A stretch of DNA of 64,000 nt from Bacillota bacterium (GCA_963666425.2 OY762825.2:352001-416000); one strand, 5' to 3'. Shown: positions 29,484 to 40,469, numbered from the stretch's first letter. A program made the numbers and translations. Notes: generated by a model not told the origin, from the sequence alone.

Positions 29484-32400
29484 CTATTTATACAAATCAA
29501 CCAGTTTCAGTAAATGTGCATAGCGGTCAGCTGCTGCTTTTTCGGATTTGGCAAACAGGTCGTCTGCGCGTGCCGGGAAAGCAAGTTTCAGACTGCTATA
29601 ACGGGTTTCGTTATTCAGGAAATTCTGATAAGTACCATCACCCGGCTTGGAAGTCAGAGTGAACGGGTTCTTACCTTCCGCTTTTAAGGCTGGATTGAAG
29701 GAGAATAAGTTCCAGTAACCCGCCTTGACTGCCGCTTTCATTTCATCCTGGCAGTGATTCATACCACCTTTGACTCCATGCAGTTCGCAGGGTGCATAAG
29801 CGATGATCAGCGAAGGTCCGTTATAAGCTTCCGCTTCTGCAATCACTTTTACCGCCTGCGCCGGGTTGGCGCCGATGGCGATTTGCGCCACATAAACATA
29901 ACCATAAGTCATAGCGATTTCAGAAAGACTCTTCTTGCTGATCTCTTTGCCGGCCGCGGCAAACTGACACACTTCACCGATATTGGAGGCCTTGGAAGCT
30001 TGACCACCGGTATTGGAATACATTTCGGTATCGAAAACCATCACATTGACATTTTCTCCGGAAGCCAGAACATGATCCAGGCCGCCGTAACCGATATCAT
30101 ATGCCCAACCATCGCCGCCCAGGATCCAAACGGATTTCTTGGCCAGATATTGTTTTTTATCCAGAATGGCTTTTGTGAAGGGACAACCGTTGGCGTCCGC
30201 TTTTTCCACTTCGACCAACAGTGCATCGGCAGCTGCTTTGTTTTCTTTGGTGCTCTCCTTGGTCTCAACAAATTTCGCATAAGCCGCTTGGAATTCCGGG
30301 CTGGACTTTGGCGAAGCCGCCATTTTTTCCAATTGCGCTATGGCTTGACCGCGCAGAGTTTTTTGGCCGAGATAGATACCCAAACCGTGTTCGGCATTGT
30401 CTTCAAACAAAGAGTTTGCCCAAGCCGGACCCATTTTCGAATCCTTGTTGATGGTATACGGGCTGGTGGCAGCCGGGCCGCCCCAGATGGAAGAACAACC
30501 GGTCGCATTGGAAATATACATATGCTCGCCGAAAAGCTGGGTTAAAATACGGGCATAAGAAGTTTCGGCACAACCGGCACAGCTGCCGGAGAATTCCAAC
30601 AGCGGTTGATTGAACTGAGAACCTTTGACCGTGGTATCGGCTGGCATCCCGGGTTTCTTGCTGACATTGCTGACCAGGTAATCAAAGACCGGCTGCATTT
30701 CGATTTGGCTTTCCTGCGGCACCATTTTGATCGCCTTGGCAGGACATACGGTAATGCATTCGCCGCAGCCCATGCAATCCAGCGGGGAAATACTCATGGT
30801 AAATTGATAGTCGCTGGCTTTCGGTTTGGTATCTGCCAATTTGATCTGAGCAGGTGCTGCTTTCACTTCCGCTGCATTCAGCATAAACGGACGAATGGTA
30901 GCATGTGAACAGACGAAAGCGCAGTTATTGCATTGAATGCAAACCTGTGGATCCCACTCGGGAATTGCCACAGCGATGCCGCGTTTTTCGTAAGCAGAGG
31001 CGCCCAGCTCGAATTGTCCGGTCTGATAATCCATGAAGGCAGAAACGGGCAGACTGTCGCCATCCATTAAACCGATGGGCTGTAAGAGATTCTTGACCAT
31101 CTTGACTGTTTCCGGACGGCCGGTCAATTCAGCTTTGACAGCATCCGCTTCCGGATTAGCCCAGGCAGCCGGTACTTCCACTTTATGCAAAGCGTCGAGA
31201 CCCGCATCGATCGCTTTGTAATTCATCTCAACAATCGCATCGCCTTTGCTGCCATAGGATTTCTTGGCGGCGGCTTTCATATATTCAATGGCCTTTTCAA
31301 TCGGCATGACATTGGCTAATTTGAAGAAAGCAGACTGCAGAATGGTATTGGTGCGTTTGCCCATACCGATTTCAATCGCTTTATCAATGGCATTGATCGT
31401 ATAGACCTGAATCTTGTTGCTCGCAATATATTTTTTGGCTTCGGCATTCAATTTGGTAGCCAGTTCCTCATCAGACCATTGGCAGTTGATCATAAAGACG
31501 CCGCCGGGTTTGACATCCTGAACCAGCTTATATCCCTGGATAACATAGGATGGATTATGGCAGGCGACGAAATCTGCCTGATTGATGTAATAAGGACTCT
31601 TGATCGGTTTATCACCAAAGCGCAGATGAGAAATGGTGATGCCGCCGGTCTTCTTGGAATCGTATTGGAAGTAAGCTTGGATGAATTTTTCGGTATGATC
31701 GCCAATGATCTTAGTGGAATTTTTATTGGCGCCAACCGTTCCATCCCCGCCCAAACCCCAGAATTTGCATTCTACCGTGCCAGGCGCGGAGGTAATCGGT
31801 GCCGGTTTGATTTCCGGTAAGCTTAAGTTGGTCACGTCGTCCACGATACCGATGGTAAACCGGGATTTGGGAGCCGCTTTTTCCAACTCTTTATAGACAG
31901 CGAAAACGGAAGATGGCGGCGTATCTTTGGAGCCGAGGCCATAACGTCCGCCGGTGATGACTATGTCATTTAAGGCAGCTTCACGCAGGGTGACGGCAAC
32001 GTCAAGATAAAGCGGATCGCCTAAGGAACCGGGTTCTTTGGTCCGGTCGAGGATCGCAATTTTCTTCACCGTTTTAGGTAAAACTTTCAGCAGACTGCCG
32101 GAGACCCAAGGACGGTATAAGCGGACTTTGATCAAGCCAACTTTTTCGCCTTTGGCGATCAAATAGTCGATCACTTCTTCAGCCACGTCGCAAATCGAAC
32201 CCATGGCGATGATGATGCGGTCTGCATCGGGAGAACCGTAATAGTTGAATAAATCATAATTCGTACCGAGCTTGGCGTTGACTTTGGCCATATATTTCTC
32301 AACCACCGCCGGCAGGTCATTATAAACTGTATTGCAGGCTTCACGATGCTGGAAGAAAACGTCGCCGTTTTCATGGGAACCGCGCATCGCCGGATGTTCC

Positions 32401-33029
32401 GGATTCAAAGCGCTGGCTCTGAATGCCTTCACAGCATCCATGTTGCACATTTCTTTCAAATCAGCATAATTCCAGCTTTCGATTTTTTGGATTTCGTGCG
32501 AAGTCCGGAAACCGTCGAAGAAATTGATGAAAGGAACTTTGCCTTCGATTGCCGACAAATGTGCAACCGGGCTTAAGTCCATAATTTCCTGTGGGTTGGT
32601 TTCTGCCAACATTGCAAAACCGGTTTGCCGGCAGGCATAAACATCACTGTGGTCACCGAAAATATTCAGTGAATGCGTGGCGACTGTCCGGGCAGAAACA
32701 TCAAAAACACAAGGAAGCTGTTCCGCTGCGATCTTATACATATTTGGGATCATCAGGAGCAAACCTTGAGAAGCGGTAAAGGTTGTGGTAATCGCACCCG
32801 CCGCTAAAGAACCATGCACTGCACCGGCAGCGCCTGCTTCCGACTGCATCTCAACGACTTTAACCTGATTGCCAAAAATATTCTCTTGTCCTGCAGCCGA
32901 CCATTGGTCAACAACATCAGCCATCGGACTCGATGGGGTAATCGGATAGATCGCAGCTACATCTGTATACGCATAAGCTACGTGCGCAGCAGCGGTATTG
33001 CCATCCATCGATTGTTTGGATCTAGCCAT
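29484..33029 (-). CDS. nifJ: Pyruvate:ferredoxin (flavodoxin) oxidoreductase
   Basis: MDGNTAAA, YPITPS, two CxxCxxC ferredoxin motifs, EFSGSCAGC, GGDGWAYDIG. Confidence 0.97.
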   Translation of the reverse strand: MARSKQSMDGNTAAAHVAYAYTDVAAIYPITPSSPMADVVDQWSAAGQENIFGNQVKVVEMQSEAGAAGAVHGSLAAGAITTTFTASQGLLLMIPNMYKIAAEQLPCVFDVSARTVATHSLNIFGDHSDVYACRQTGFAMLAETNPQEIMDLSPVAHLSAIEGKVPFINFFDGFRTSHEIQKIESWNYADLKEMCNMDAVKAFRASALNPEHPAMRGSHENGDVFFQHREACNTVYNDLPAVVEKYMAKVNAKLGTNYDLFNYYGSPDADRIIIAMGSICDVAEEVIDYLIAKGEKVGLIKVRLYRPWVSGSLLKVLPKTVKKIAILDRTKEPGSLGDPLYLDVAVTLREAALNDIVITGGRYGLGSKDTPPSSVFAVYKELEKAAPKSRFTIGIVDDVTNLSLPEIKPAPITSAPGTVECKFWGLGGDGTVGANKNSTKIIGDHTEKFIQAYFQYDSKKTGGITISHLRFGDKPIKSPYYINQADFVACHNPSYVIQGYKLVQDVKPGGVFMINCQWSDEELATKLNAEAKKYIASNKIQVYTINAIDKAIEIGMGKRTNTILQSAFFKLANVMPIEKAIEYMKAAAKKSYGSKGDAIVEMNYKAIDAGLDALHKVEVPAAWANPEADAVKAELTGRPETVKMVKNLLQPIGLMDGDSLPVSAFMDYQTGQFELGASAYEKRGIAVAIPEWDPQVCIQCNNCAFVCSHATIRPFMLNAAEVKAAPAQIKLADTKPKASDYQFTMSISPLDCMGCGECITVCPAKAIKMVPQESQIEMQPVFDYLVSNVSKKPGMPADTTVKGSQFNQPLLEFSGSCAGCAETSYARILTQLFGEHMYISNATGCSSIWGGPAATSPYTINKDSKMGPAWANSLFEDNAEHGLGIYLGQKTLRGQAIAQLEKMAASPKSSPEFQAAYAKFVETKESTKENKAAADALLVEVEKADANGCPFTKAILDKKQYLAKKSVWILGGDGWAYDIGYGGLDHVLASGENVNVMVFDTEMYSNTGGQASKASNIGEVCQFAAAGKEISKKSLSEIAMTYGYVYVAQIAIGANPAQAVKVIAEAEAYNGPSLIIAYAPCELHGVKGGMNHCQDEMKAAVKAGYWNLFSFNPALKAEGKNPFTLTSKPGDGTYQNFLNNETRYSSLKLAFPARADDLFAKSEKAAADRYAHLLKLVDLYK

Positions 33030-33299
33030 TTTATTTTCCTCCTCTATAATGAAAGATTAGTTTAACCCTATTGACTATGGCGAATTGTATCATTATTTTT
33101 AAACTTTGTAAAGGCGCTGCATCGTTTCTATGCCCAATAAATGCCATTGCCCTCTTTTGTGCCTAATCCTGCCATATTCTTAATTTTTACCTGAAAATCC
33201 GAACCTATACTTGAACATATCCGCAGAAACACAAGCTAAAAGAAATTGCTCTGCTGTCAACAATCGCCATTTGCTGCAGTGATTGGTTTCAGCGGCAAG

Positions 33300-34169
33300 T
33301 CAGTGTTGTTTTGGTAAGGAAATTGACTCAGCTAACAACTGTTTGACATAGTTTGGTATGGCAAAAGCACCTTTATGAATCTCGGTATTGTAATATCTGG
33401 TCGTCAGACCCAAGGCATTCCAGGCGTCTGCGTCTAAATCCGCCACGGGATCAAGAGTCTTCGCCGCAAAGCCAAACAGCCAATGACCGGAGGCATAGGT
33501 TGGAATATGAACCTGATACACCTTGGCTATCGCAAAAAGCTCATGAATCCTCTGGTGGGCTCTTTGCATCTGTATGGCATATTCCGGATAAAACGGACTC
33601 TCATGCTGATTGACCAGAATCCCGTTCGGTTTGAGCGCCTGATAACAATCCCGGTAAAAATCCCTGGTGAATAAGCCTTCTCCCGGTCCGATTGGATCGG
33701 TACTATCCACGATGATCAGATCGTAACAATTCGTTTTCCCTGCAACGAATTTCAAACCATCCTCAAAGTACAAATTTACCCGCTTATCCTGCAAACCGCT
33801 GGTTGAGTTGGGGAAGAACTCCCGACACACCTCAACCACCAGCTGGTCAATTTCGACCATATCAATTTTTTTGATGGAAGCATAACGCACCAGTTCTCTG
33901 ACTGTCCCGCCATCGCCGGCGCCGATCACCAGTACGTTTTCAATTTTAGGATTGGTCGCCATCGGAACATGCACGATCATATCGTGATAGATAAACTCAT
34001 CTTTTTCCGTGATCATAATCAAGCCATCCAGGGTGAAAAATTTACCCAACTGTTTTGATTCGAAGACATCGATTCTCTGAAATTTACTTTGCCCCGCGTA
34101 CAACTGCTTTTCCACCTGGATTGAGAGTTTGACTCCCTCAGCGTGCGTTTCCGAAAACCATAAATCCAT
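33300..34169 (-). CDS. speE: Polyamine aminopropyltransferase (spermidine synthase)
   Basis: LDG...DEFIYH, VLVIGAGDGG, VEID, IVDSTDP. Confidence 0.93.
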   Translation of the reverse strand: MDLWFSETHAEGVKLSIQVEKQLYAGQSKFQRIDVFESKQLGKFFTLDGLIMITEKDEFIYHDMIVHVPMATNPKIENVLVIGAGDGGTVRELVRYASIKKIDMVEIDQLVVEVCREFFPNSTSGLQDKRVNLYFEDGLKFVAGKTNCYDLIIVDSTDPIGPGEGLFTRDFYRDCYQALKPNGILVNQHESPFYPEYAIQMQRAHQRIHELFAIAKVYQVHIPTYASGHWLFGFAAKTLDPVADLDADAWNALGLTTRYYNTEIHKGAFAIPNYVKQLLAESISLPKQH

Positions 34170-34190
34170 TTTTCTCCCCTCCATGCTCTG

Positions 34191-35006
34191 TTAGCATTTC
34201 TTGCTGTAAACATTGCTGCCGCTGAAGATTTCAATCATCTCGCGGCGCAGACTGCTTGTAATAGCCAAACGTTCCTTGGGAGTATATTCCCGCACATCTT
34301 TCTCAAAAAAATAATCCTGCAAATTCAGTTCTTTGATCATCATTTTGGTATGGAAAATATTCGCCTGATAAATATTGATATCATAAACATCATATTGTTC
34401 CAGGGTTTTTTGATCGATATAATCTTGTATCGATGTGATGTCATGATCAATGAAAACTTTCCTGCCATCTTCGTCTCTGGTGAATCCGCGCACGCGATAG
34501 TCAATGGAAATAATATCGGAATCAAAGCTGCCGATCAAATAATCCAAAGCATTGAGCGGAGAAACCATGCCACAAGTGGAAACATCAATATCCACCCGAA
34601 AGCTGGAAATAGATTGATCCGGATGATATTCCGGATAAGTATGCACAGTAACATGGCTCTTATCCAGATGTCCCAATACGGTTTTGCCCGCATAAGTTAA
34701 GCCCAGCCCCGCATTGCAGGAAGGATCGATCTGTTCTTTCTCTACCGGAGTTTCCGAAATTAAAACTACCACACTGGCGCCTTGCGGATCATAATCCTGT
34801 TTGGAAATATTCAAAACATTGGCGCCGATGATGCGGGTTACTTCTGTCAGGATCTTGGTTAACCGTTCCGAATTGAACCATTCATCCACATAAGCCAGGT
34901 AATCGTTCTTATCTTTTGCTCCTTTAGCATAACAGATATCATAGATATTAAAGCTTAGTGTTTTGGTCAGATTGTTAAACCCATAAAGTTTCACTTTGTT
35001 TGTCAT
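34191..35006 (-). CDS. speD: S-adenosylmethionine decarboxylase proenzyme (long, E. coli-type)
   Basis: GFNNLTKTLSFN, QDYDPQGAS, HLDKSHVTVHTYPE, STCG, DYRVRGF. Confidence 0.93.
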   Translation of the reverse strand: MTNKVKLYGFNNLTKTLSFNIYDICYAKGAKDKNDYLAYVDEWFNSERLTKILTEVTRIIGANVLNISKQDYDPQGASVVVLISETPVEKEQIDPSCNAGLGLTYAGKTVLGHLDKSHVTVHTYPEYHPDQSISSFRVDIDVSTCGMVSPLNALDYLIGSFDSDIISIDYRVRGFTRDEDGRKVFIDHDITSIQDYIDQKTLEQYDVYDINIYQANIFHTKMMIKELNLQDYFFEKDVREYTPKERLAITSSLRREMIEIFSGSNVYSKKC

Positions 35007-35310
35007 CTTATACCCCTTTCCGCCGCAGCAATCTTGCTGTATCTCGAGCCTGGTGATTCCTTTCATAAAAGGATTTTAGATGCCATTCTCTGCCTTTTTG
35101 ATTCAGCCTGTATGCAGTCTATCTTACCATACTATGCAAACACGAACAAGTCTTCTTTCCCTTTTGATCTGATTTGTCTGAAAATTTCCCGTCTAAACCA
35201 AAACCGTTTCTATAATAAAAAAAACCCACGCTGCCAAAGCAGTGAGATTTTTGAAAATTCACTTTTATTCTTTTCCAATCCTGTTTATCGTTGTGACCTA
35301 TGCTCTTTGG

Positions 35311-35913
35311 CTAGTCAGCGATTTGCAGTTCCGCCAAACGATTTGCCTTCTGGCCAATCATTTTGAAAATTTGCAGCCAATTCTTGACGCGTGTAACATT
35401 TTCCGGCAAGCTGCCCTGATTGTAATTACAATCAAGCATGAGAACCTCGAAGCCTGCTGAAGCTAACTGGATCACATTCTCATAACTATCTTCAATGAAT
35501 ACATCCGATTGCAGCTCTGCCGCTTTGCCCACTTTGTTGGCATGTCCCAATAACGTGAGGGAATCGAGAGGAATGTTGTTTTTGGCTAACCACTCCGAAC
35601 TAATTCTTTCCATTTTTGCTTCCCTAGCACTGACAAAATGGATTTTTTGACCCGCATCGTATAACTTATGCACGATCTCCGATGCCCCCGGCCGCATTTT
35701 TGATTCCTGATGCAATATTTCGCCATAGCGTTGATAAAACTCATTGTAATCCGCTTGCCGCACGCCTAAAATCCGTGCAATATCATAGCTTGTAATGTCG
35801 CTTGGCTTCAGATTTGTTTGGAAATATGCATTCGCTCTTTTCAGCCAGTAGTAGGGTTCCGTGACGGTACCGTCAATGTCAATACATATACTTAATTTAT
35901 TGATTCTATTCAC
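35311..35913 (-). CDS. HAD-type 5'-nucleotidase (NT5C-like)
   Basis: IDIDGT, VSAR, K, FIEDS and YN motifs. Confidence 0.8.
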   Translation of the reverse strand: MNRINKLSICIDIDGTVTEPYYWLKRANAYFQTNLKPSDITSYDIARILGVRQADYNEFYQRYGEILHQESKMRPGASEIVHKLYDAGQKIHFVSAREAKMERISSEWLAKNNIPLDSLTLLGHANKVGKAAELQSDVFIEDSYENVIQLASAGFEVLMLDCNYNQGSLPENVTRVKNWLQIFKMIGQKANRLAELQIAD

Positions 35914-35994
35914 CTCCTTTTTATAAAAATACTATAACACATCATTGTTAAAATCTCAGCACAAAATTGTATCGTTTATGTAAAATTTTGTAGC

Positions 35995-36381
35995 TTATTT
36001 CTCCTGAAAATACGCCCTCAGCGTTTCGATATCCCGCAGGACCTGCTGCTGGGTCTCCTGCAGGGAAGGGAACTTCTTTGTTTCTCTGATGTAGTGGAGC
36101 AGATATAAGTCTGCCTGCTTACCCAGTATCTCCTGATCAAAATCAAGTATATAGGTTTCCAAACTAATTCTCTCCTCATCATCAACGGATGGACGTCTGC
36201 CAAAATTGGTCAAGCCCAAATAACAAACCGAATTGATCACGATCCGGCTGATATAAACACCCAATTTAGGCAAATCGGTATCGGTCTCCCGCCAAGCCAG
36301 ATTGGCTGTCGGCATCCCCACTTTTTTCCCATTGCCTTTCCCCTTGACAATTTGTCCGGAAAAATGAAAGATTGCTTCCAT
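35995..36381 (-). CDS. Stand-alone riboflavin kinase domain protein
   Basis: G..VKGKGNG...GMPTAN, GVY, NFGRRPS, LETYILDF, IRETKKF. Confidence 0.88.
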   Translation of the reverse strand: MEAIFHFSGQIVKGKGNGKKVGMPTANLAWRETDTDLPKLGVYISRIVINSVCYLGLTNFGRRPSVDDEERISLETYILDFDQEILGKQADLYLLHYIRETKKFPSLQETQQQVLRDIETLRAYFQEK

Positions 36382-36420
36382 TCTATTGATCCTCCTCTTC
36401 TATCGAGTGATGCGCTGCTT

Positions 36421-36693
36421 CTAGGCCAGCACATCATGAAATTCCGCATGCTCTTTCAACATTTTCTCGGCATACGGACAACGCGGTATGATTTTCTTGT
36501 GCTCTCTGCGAGCGAGTTCCACCACTTTTGTCAGCAGCTGCAGAGCGATTCCCTGCCCCCGCAATGACTCGTCTACAAACGTACGTTCGATGGTGATCAA
36601 CCCCGGCGCTGTCGTTGGAAAGTTAATTTCCGCCAATGTGCTGTTATTTTCGTCTGTGATGTAGAATCTTGCATCCGCTGCTTGAATCACCAT
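36421..36693 (-). CDS. YjdJ-like small GNAT acetyltransferase
   Basis: TFVDESLRGQGIA...KIIPRCPYA. Confidence 0.88.
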   Translation of the reverse strand: MVIQAADARFYITDENNSTLAEINFPTTAPGLITIERTFVDESLRGQGIALQLLTKVVELARREHKKIIPRCPYAEKMLKEHAEFHDVLA

Positions 36694-36763
36694 TGTTGAT
36701 CCTCCTCTTGCCGGCATTTCAACCGGGAATCCATGTTGAAATACTGTGATCCGATCCTAAAAC

Positions 36764-37495
36764 TCATTTCTTCCGTGCTGCAATTAGGAGCATCATCGGT
36801 CGGCGTAGTTCCTCCTGCATAGCTGGCAGCTGCAGCAGGTTCTCTGCCGGCTGCGGCTCTACCAGCTTGATCAATTCAAAGCCGTTCTGCAGCAAGCCAT
36901 TGCAATAAGTCGTCAGTGTTTTGTGAAATTTAGTGATTTCTGTGCCCAAAAAAGTCGCCGAGCGTACCCCTTCAGCAAAATAGCGGTCCACCGGCCAATG
37001 CAGCGCTTTGCCATCGGCATCATAACACCATCGCTGACTGCCTTCGGCTGTAAAAATCGGATGTTCGACCGAAAAAATGAAAAATCCACCTTGTTTCAGG
37101 CAGCGGCTGCACTTGGCGGCAATCGCAGTAAAAGATTCCAAATAATGCAGAGCCAGCGAACTGATTACTACATCAAAAGAATTTTCCGGAAAATCATATT
37201 GTTCGATGGCAGTTTGGATGTATTCAATCACCGATGATGTTGTTTTTGCTCTGGCTTCCTGCAGCATTTTTGCCGAGAGATCAATGCCGACCACGCTGGC
37301 TGCACCCTGTTCTGCAGCATAGCGGCAGTGCCAACCGAAGCCGCAGCCAAGGTCGAGCAGTCGTTTTCCGCTCAAATCGGGCAGCATTTTCTGAAATTCA
37401 TGCCATTCACCGGCTGCGGCCAAACCGCCAATGGAACGCGCCATTTTCTGATATCGTTCGAAAAACTGATTGTCGTCATATTGATTTGCTGACAT
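36764..37495 (-). CDS. Class I SAM-dependent methyltransferase
   Basis: LLDLGCGFG, GIDLS, FDVVISSLALHY, FSVEHP. Confidence 0.9.
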   Translation of the reverse strand: MSANQYDDNQFFERYQKMARSIGGLAAAGEWHEFQKMLPDLSGKRLLDLGCGFGWHCRYAAEQGAASVVGIDLSAKMLQEARAKTTSSVIEYIQTAIEQYDFPENSFDVVISSLALHYLESFTAIAAKCSRCLKQGGFFIFSVEHPIFTAEGSQRWCYDADGKALHWPVDRYFAEGVRSATFLGTEITKFHKTLTTYCNGLLQNGFELIKLVEPQPAENLLQLPAMQEELRRPMMLLIAARKK

Positions 37496-37732
37496 CGCTT
37501 TCTCCTTCTGCCATTGATCTGCATTATTTGATAAAATAGTTAGCGAAACCGCTGCAATTTCTTTCGACAGTGGGCTTGTTCAATCCTTGTGCAGATTTAC
37601 CTTGTAAAAAAAAGTGCTCCCCTTCCTGCCTGCACGCAAGCTAACCTGCAGCTGTCATGGGGAGCCTCACTATGTTTTCAGCCAATGAGATTATTCAGCG
37701 ATTGGCAGGAATGTGAAAAAAGCTTTTGTGGC

Positions 37733-39709
37733 TTAATTGCTGACGATCCGATAGTAGGTCCGAGAAGTCACCAGATAAACGAAAGCATAAAACACGGCAA
37801 AAACAGCAATCGTTGCCATCAGACAAATGGCAAATAAAGCCCGATCCGTCATCGCAAAAAGCGACAGGAGTTTCGTGATGAATTTGAACGCAAAAGCCAA
37901 ATGCAGACAAGCGACCACGAGCGGCAGCAGAAAAACAGCAAGAACTTGACTTTTTATGGTTTTGCCAACCTCTTCCTTGCTCATGCCGACCTTCTGCATA
38001 ATCTGAAAACGCTCGTTATCATCATAGCCTTCAGAAATCTGTTTATAATAAATAATCAGGACAGTAGCCATCAGGAATAAAGCGCCAAGAAAAATCCCGA
38101 GGAAAAAGAGGCTGCCATAAAGTGAGTAAAATTCACTGCGAGCTTCCGCTCTGGATTCTGAATAGAGAGCAGATGTTCTCATTATATCTTGAATATCATG
38201 ATATAGATCAATACAGACCGCATCCTCAGCATCTATATCGACGCCAATATAGCGATACAAGTTGGCTCGGTTTTCCCCATAAACTGCCATTTGCTTTTGT
38301 TCGATATCCTGCAGTACGCTGAAATCACTGACGATAACGTAATGGGAACTGACCATTTGGGCCGCGTCGAATCCATTGTCTTGCCAATTTTTTAGTTGAT
38401 TTTTCACTTTATATTGAGAATCGAAAACGCTGAGTGTTGCTTCAGTATAAGTACTGCGGTTTGAATAAAGCATTATTTCATCCGCAGCAAGTGAGAAAGA
38501 AGTTGCATAAATCCGATTATAGTCCTGCAGCGGGATAAAATACAATTCGCGCATGTTGCCCATATCAGAAAGATTGCTAGTTTCAGCAGACATCATCGTG
38601 CCTTGCTTCAAAGAAGCAAAAGAAAGGCAGCGATAGGTTGTCAGTTGACTCGCTGGCAGCTGATGCGCCTGCAGGATTTCTTCGATCTCGCTGATGACCG
38701 TTGCAGCAGTCTGATCAGAATAATCGGACAACTCAAACATCATTTCTTTTGGGTATCTTTTTTCCATGATATCTTCCATGCCCACATATAAACAAACCGT
38801 TGTGGAAAGCATGACCAGAACCATGGTAGACAAAATACAAATGTTGGCAAGCCCTGTTGCATTTTGTTTCATACGGTAGAGCATGCCGGAAATTGAAACG
38901 AAATGTCTTGCTTGGTAATAAAACTTTTTATTTTGCCGCAGCAGCTTAAGCAGAGCAATACTGCCTGAAATGAAGAGACAATAGGTTCCGATGATGACCA
39001 AAATCACTGCAATAAAGAAAAGAATAATCGCAGTCAAAGGGTCTTCTACTGTAATGGCTATATAGTAACCCCCGCCCAGAGACAAAATGCCCAGTAAGGT
39101 CAGCAGCCATTTGATTTTGGGTTCTTTCTCTCCGATGGAACTGCCCTTCAGTAATTCAATCGGCTGCGCCGCATAAACCTGCACCAAATTATTTAATAAG
39201 GTGAACAAAAAAACAACTGTAAAAAGGCCAAGTGTATTCTTCATTGCCTGCAGAGAAAAAGCAAACCCTAACTGTACTGGGAAATGAAGCAGCTTGAGTA
39301 AAGCCAGAAAAACCAGTTTACTGCATAGTAAACCCAGGCTGATCCCAGCAACCATGCTGATGACGGCCACAAACAGGGTTTCAAAAAAAATGACTGTTGC
39401 TATGTGGTTTTTTTCCATACCGAGAATACTGTAAAGTCCAAACTCTTTTTTCCGTCGTTTCATTAAGAAACTGTTGGTATAGAGCAGAAAAGTCGCTGAA
39501 AAGAGAGCCACAATGAAAGAGCCAAGGTTCAGCATGAGCGACAGGATGCCGCCGCCGGTGAGTTGCTGCAAACTTTGATTCTTGGCTAGCGAGGCAATGA
39601 TGAAATACATCATCACAGTAGCAATCCCCGTCAAGAGGTAAGGCAGATAAAATTTAGCGTTCTTTTTGATGTTCTGTCCGGCTAATTTAGGAAAGAAAAA
39701 CTTACTCAT
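37733..39709 (-). CDS. BceB-like (FtsX domain) peptide-resistance ABC permease
   Basis: RRKKEFGLYSILGM, 10-TM layout with a large extracellular loop, YYKQISEG. Confidence 0.88.
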   Translation of the reverse strand: MSKFFFPKLAGQNIKKNAKFYLPYLLTGIATVMMYFIIASLAKNQSLQQLTGGGILSLMLNLGSFIVALFSATFLLYTNSFLMKRRKKEFGLYSILGMEKNHIATVIFFETLFVAVISMVAGISLGLLCSKLVFLALLKLLHFPVQLGFAFSLQAMKNTLGLFTVVFLFTLLNNLVQVYAAQPIELLKGSSIGEKEPKIKWLLTLLGILSLGGGYYIAITVEDPLTAIILFFIAVILVIIGTYCLFISGSIALLKLLRQNKKFYYQARHFVSISGMLYRMKQNATGLANICILSTMVLVMLSTTVCLYVGMEDIMEKRYPKEMMFELSDYSDQTAATVISEIEEILQAHQLPASQLTTYRCLSFASLKQGTMMSAETSNLSDMGNMRELYFIPLQDYNRIYATSFSLAADEIMLYSNRSTYTEATLSVFDSQYKVKNQLKNWQDNGFDAAQMVSSHYVIVSDFSVLQDIEQKQMAVYGENRANLYRYIGVDIDAEDAVCIDLYHDIQDIMRTSALYSESRAEARSEFYSLYGSLFFLGIFLGALFLMATVLIIYYKQISEGYDDNERFQIMQKVGMSKEEVGKTIKSQVLAVFLLPLVVACLHLAFAFKFITKLLSLFAMTDRALFAICLMATIAVFAVFYAFVYLVTSRTYYRIVSN

Positions 39710-40469
39710 TTTCTACACCGCCTGTAGCCACTAAAGTGAGTGTGTCGGAAATTTTCGCAAACATTTCCTCATCTGTCCTATTTGCTTTGTAAAGCTGATG
39801 GAACACCTCACCATCCTTGATGAATAGGACACGTTTGGCATGGCTGGCGGCTTTGGTGGAATGAGTGACCATCAAAATCGTCTGTCCCTCCGCATTAATC
39901 TCGTCGAACAAACGCAATAATCCGTCGGTTGCTCTGGAATCCAGAGCACCGGTGGGTTCATCTGCCAGAATGAGCTGAGGATTGGTAATTAACGCACGGG
40001 CGACTGCGGCTCTCTGCTTTTGACCGCCCGATACTTCATAGGGATACATTTTCAAAATGTCCGCTATCCCCAGTTTCACAGCTATTTTCTGCAGCCGTAT
40101 CTCCATTTCTTCGTAGTGCTTTCCGGATAACACAAGCGGCAGAAAGATATTATCCTGAATCGAAAAGGTATCCAGTAAATTAAAATCCTGAAAAACAAAG
40201 CCGAGATTTTCGCGCCGAAAAGCGGAAATGTCTTTTTGACTGATCGCTGTGATATTCTTGCCGTTCAATTTCACTTCTCCACTGGTCGGTTGATCAAGTG
40301 AAGCCAGAATGTTCAGCAAAGTCGTTTTACCGGATCCGGATTCACCCATAATCGCCACATATTCACCTTGCTCCACCGAAAAAGAGACATTGCTTAAAGC
40401 TTGGACATGCGTCCCGCCAAAGCGTGTGCTGTAAATTTTCTTTAAGTTACAAACTTCCAACATTGCCAT
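39702..40469 (-). CDS. BceA-like ABC ATP-binding protein
   Basis: GESGSGKT, SGGQKQR, ADEPTGALD, VTH. Confidence 0.92.
   Translation of the reverse strand: MAMLEVCNLKKIYSTRFGGTHVQALSNVSFSVEQGEYVAIMGESGSGKTTLLNILASLDQPTSGEVKLNGKNITAISQKDISAFRRENLGFVFQDFNLLDTFSIQDNIFLPLVLSGKHYEEMEIRLQKIAVKLGIADILKMYPYEVSGGQKQRAAVARALITNPQLILADEPTGALDSRATDGLLRLFDEINAEGQTILMVTHSTKAASHAKRVLFIKDGEVFHQLYKANRTDEEMFAKISDTLTLVATGGVENE

Noticed and set aside
29270-29500. Long N-terminal extension of the DGC, or a c-di-GMP riboswitch
   Set aside because: The extension overlaps nifJ and its terminator; no GEMM consensus seen
29754-30545. 263-aa plus-strand ORF
   Set aside because: Antisense shadow of the codon-biased nifJ gene; no recognisable motifs
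35110-35170. Sporulation sigma promoter (CATAGTA) upstream of speD
   Set aside because: The -10-like match has no convincing -35
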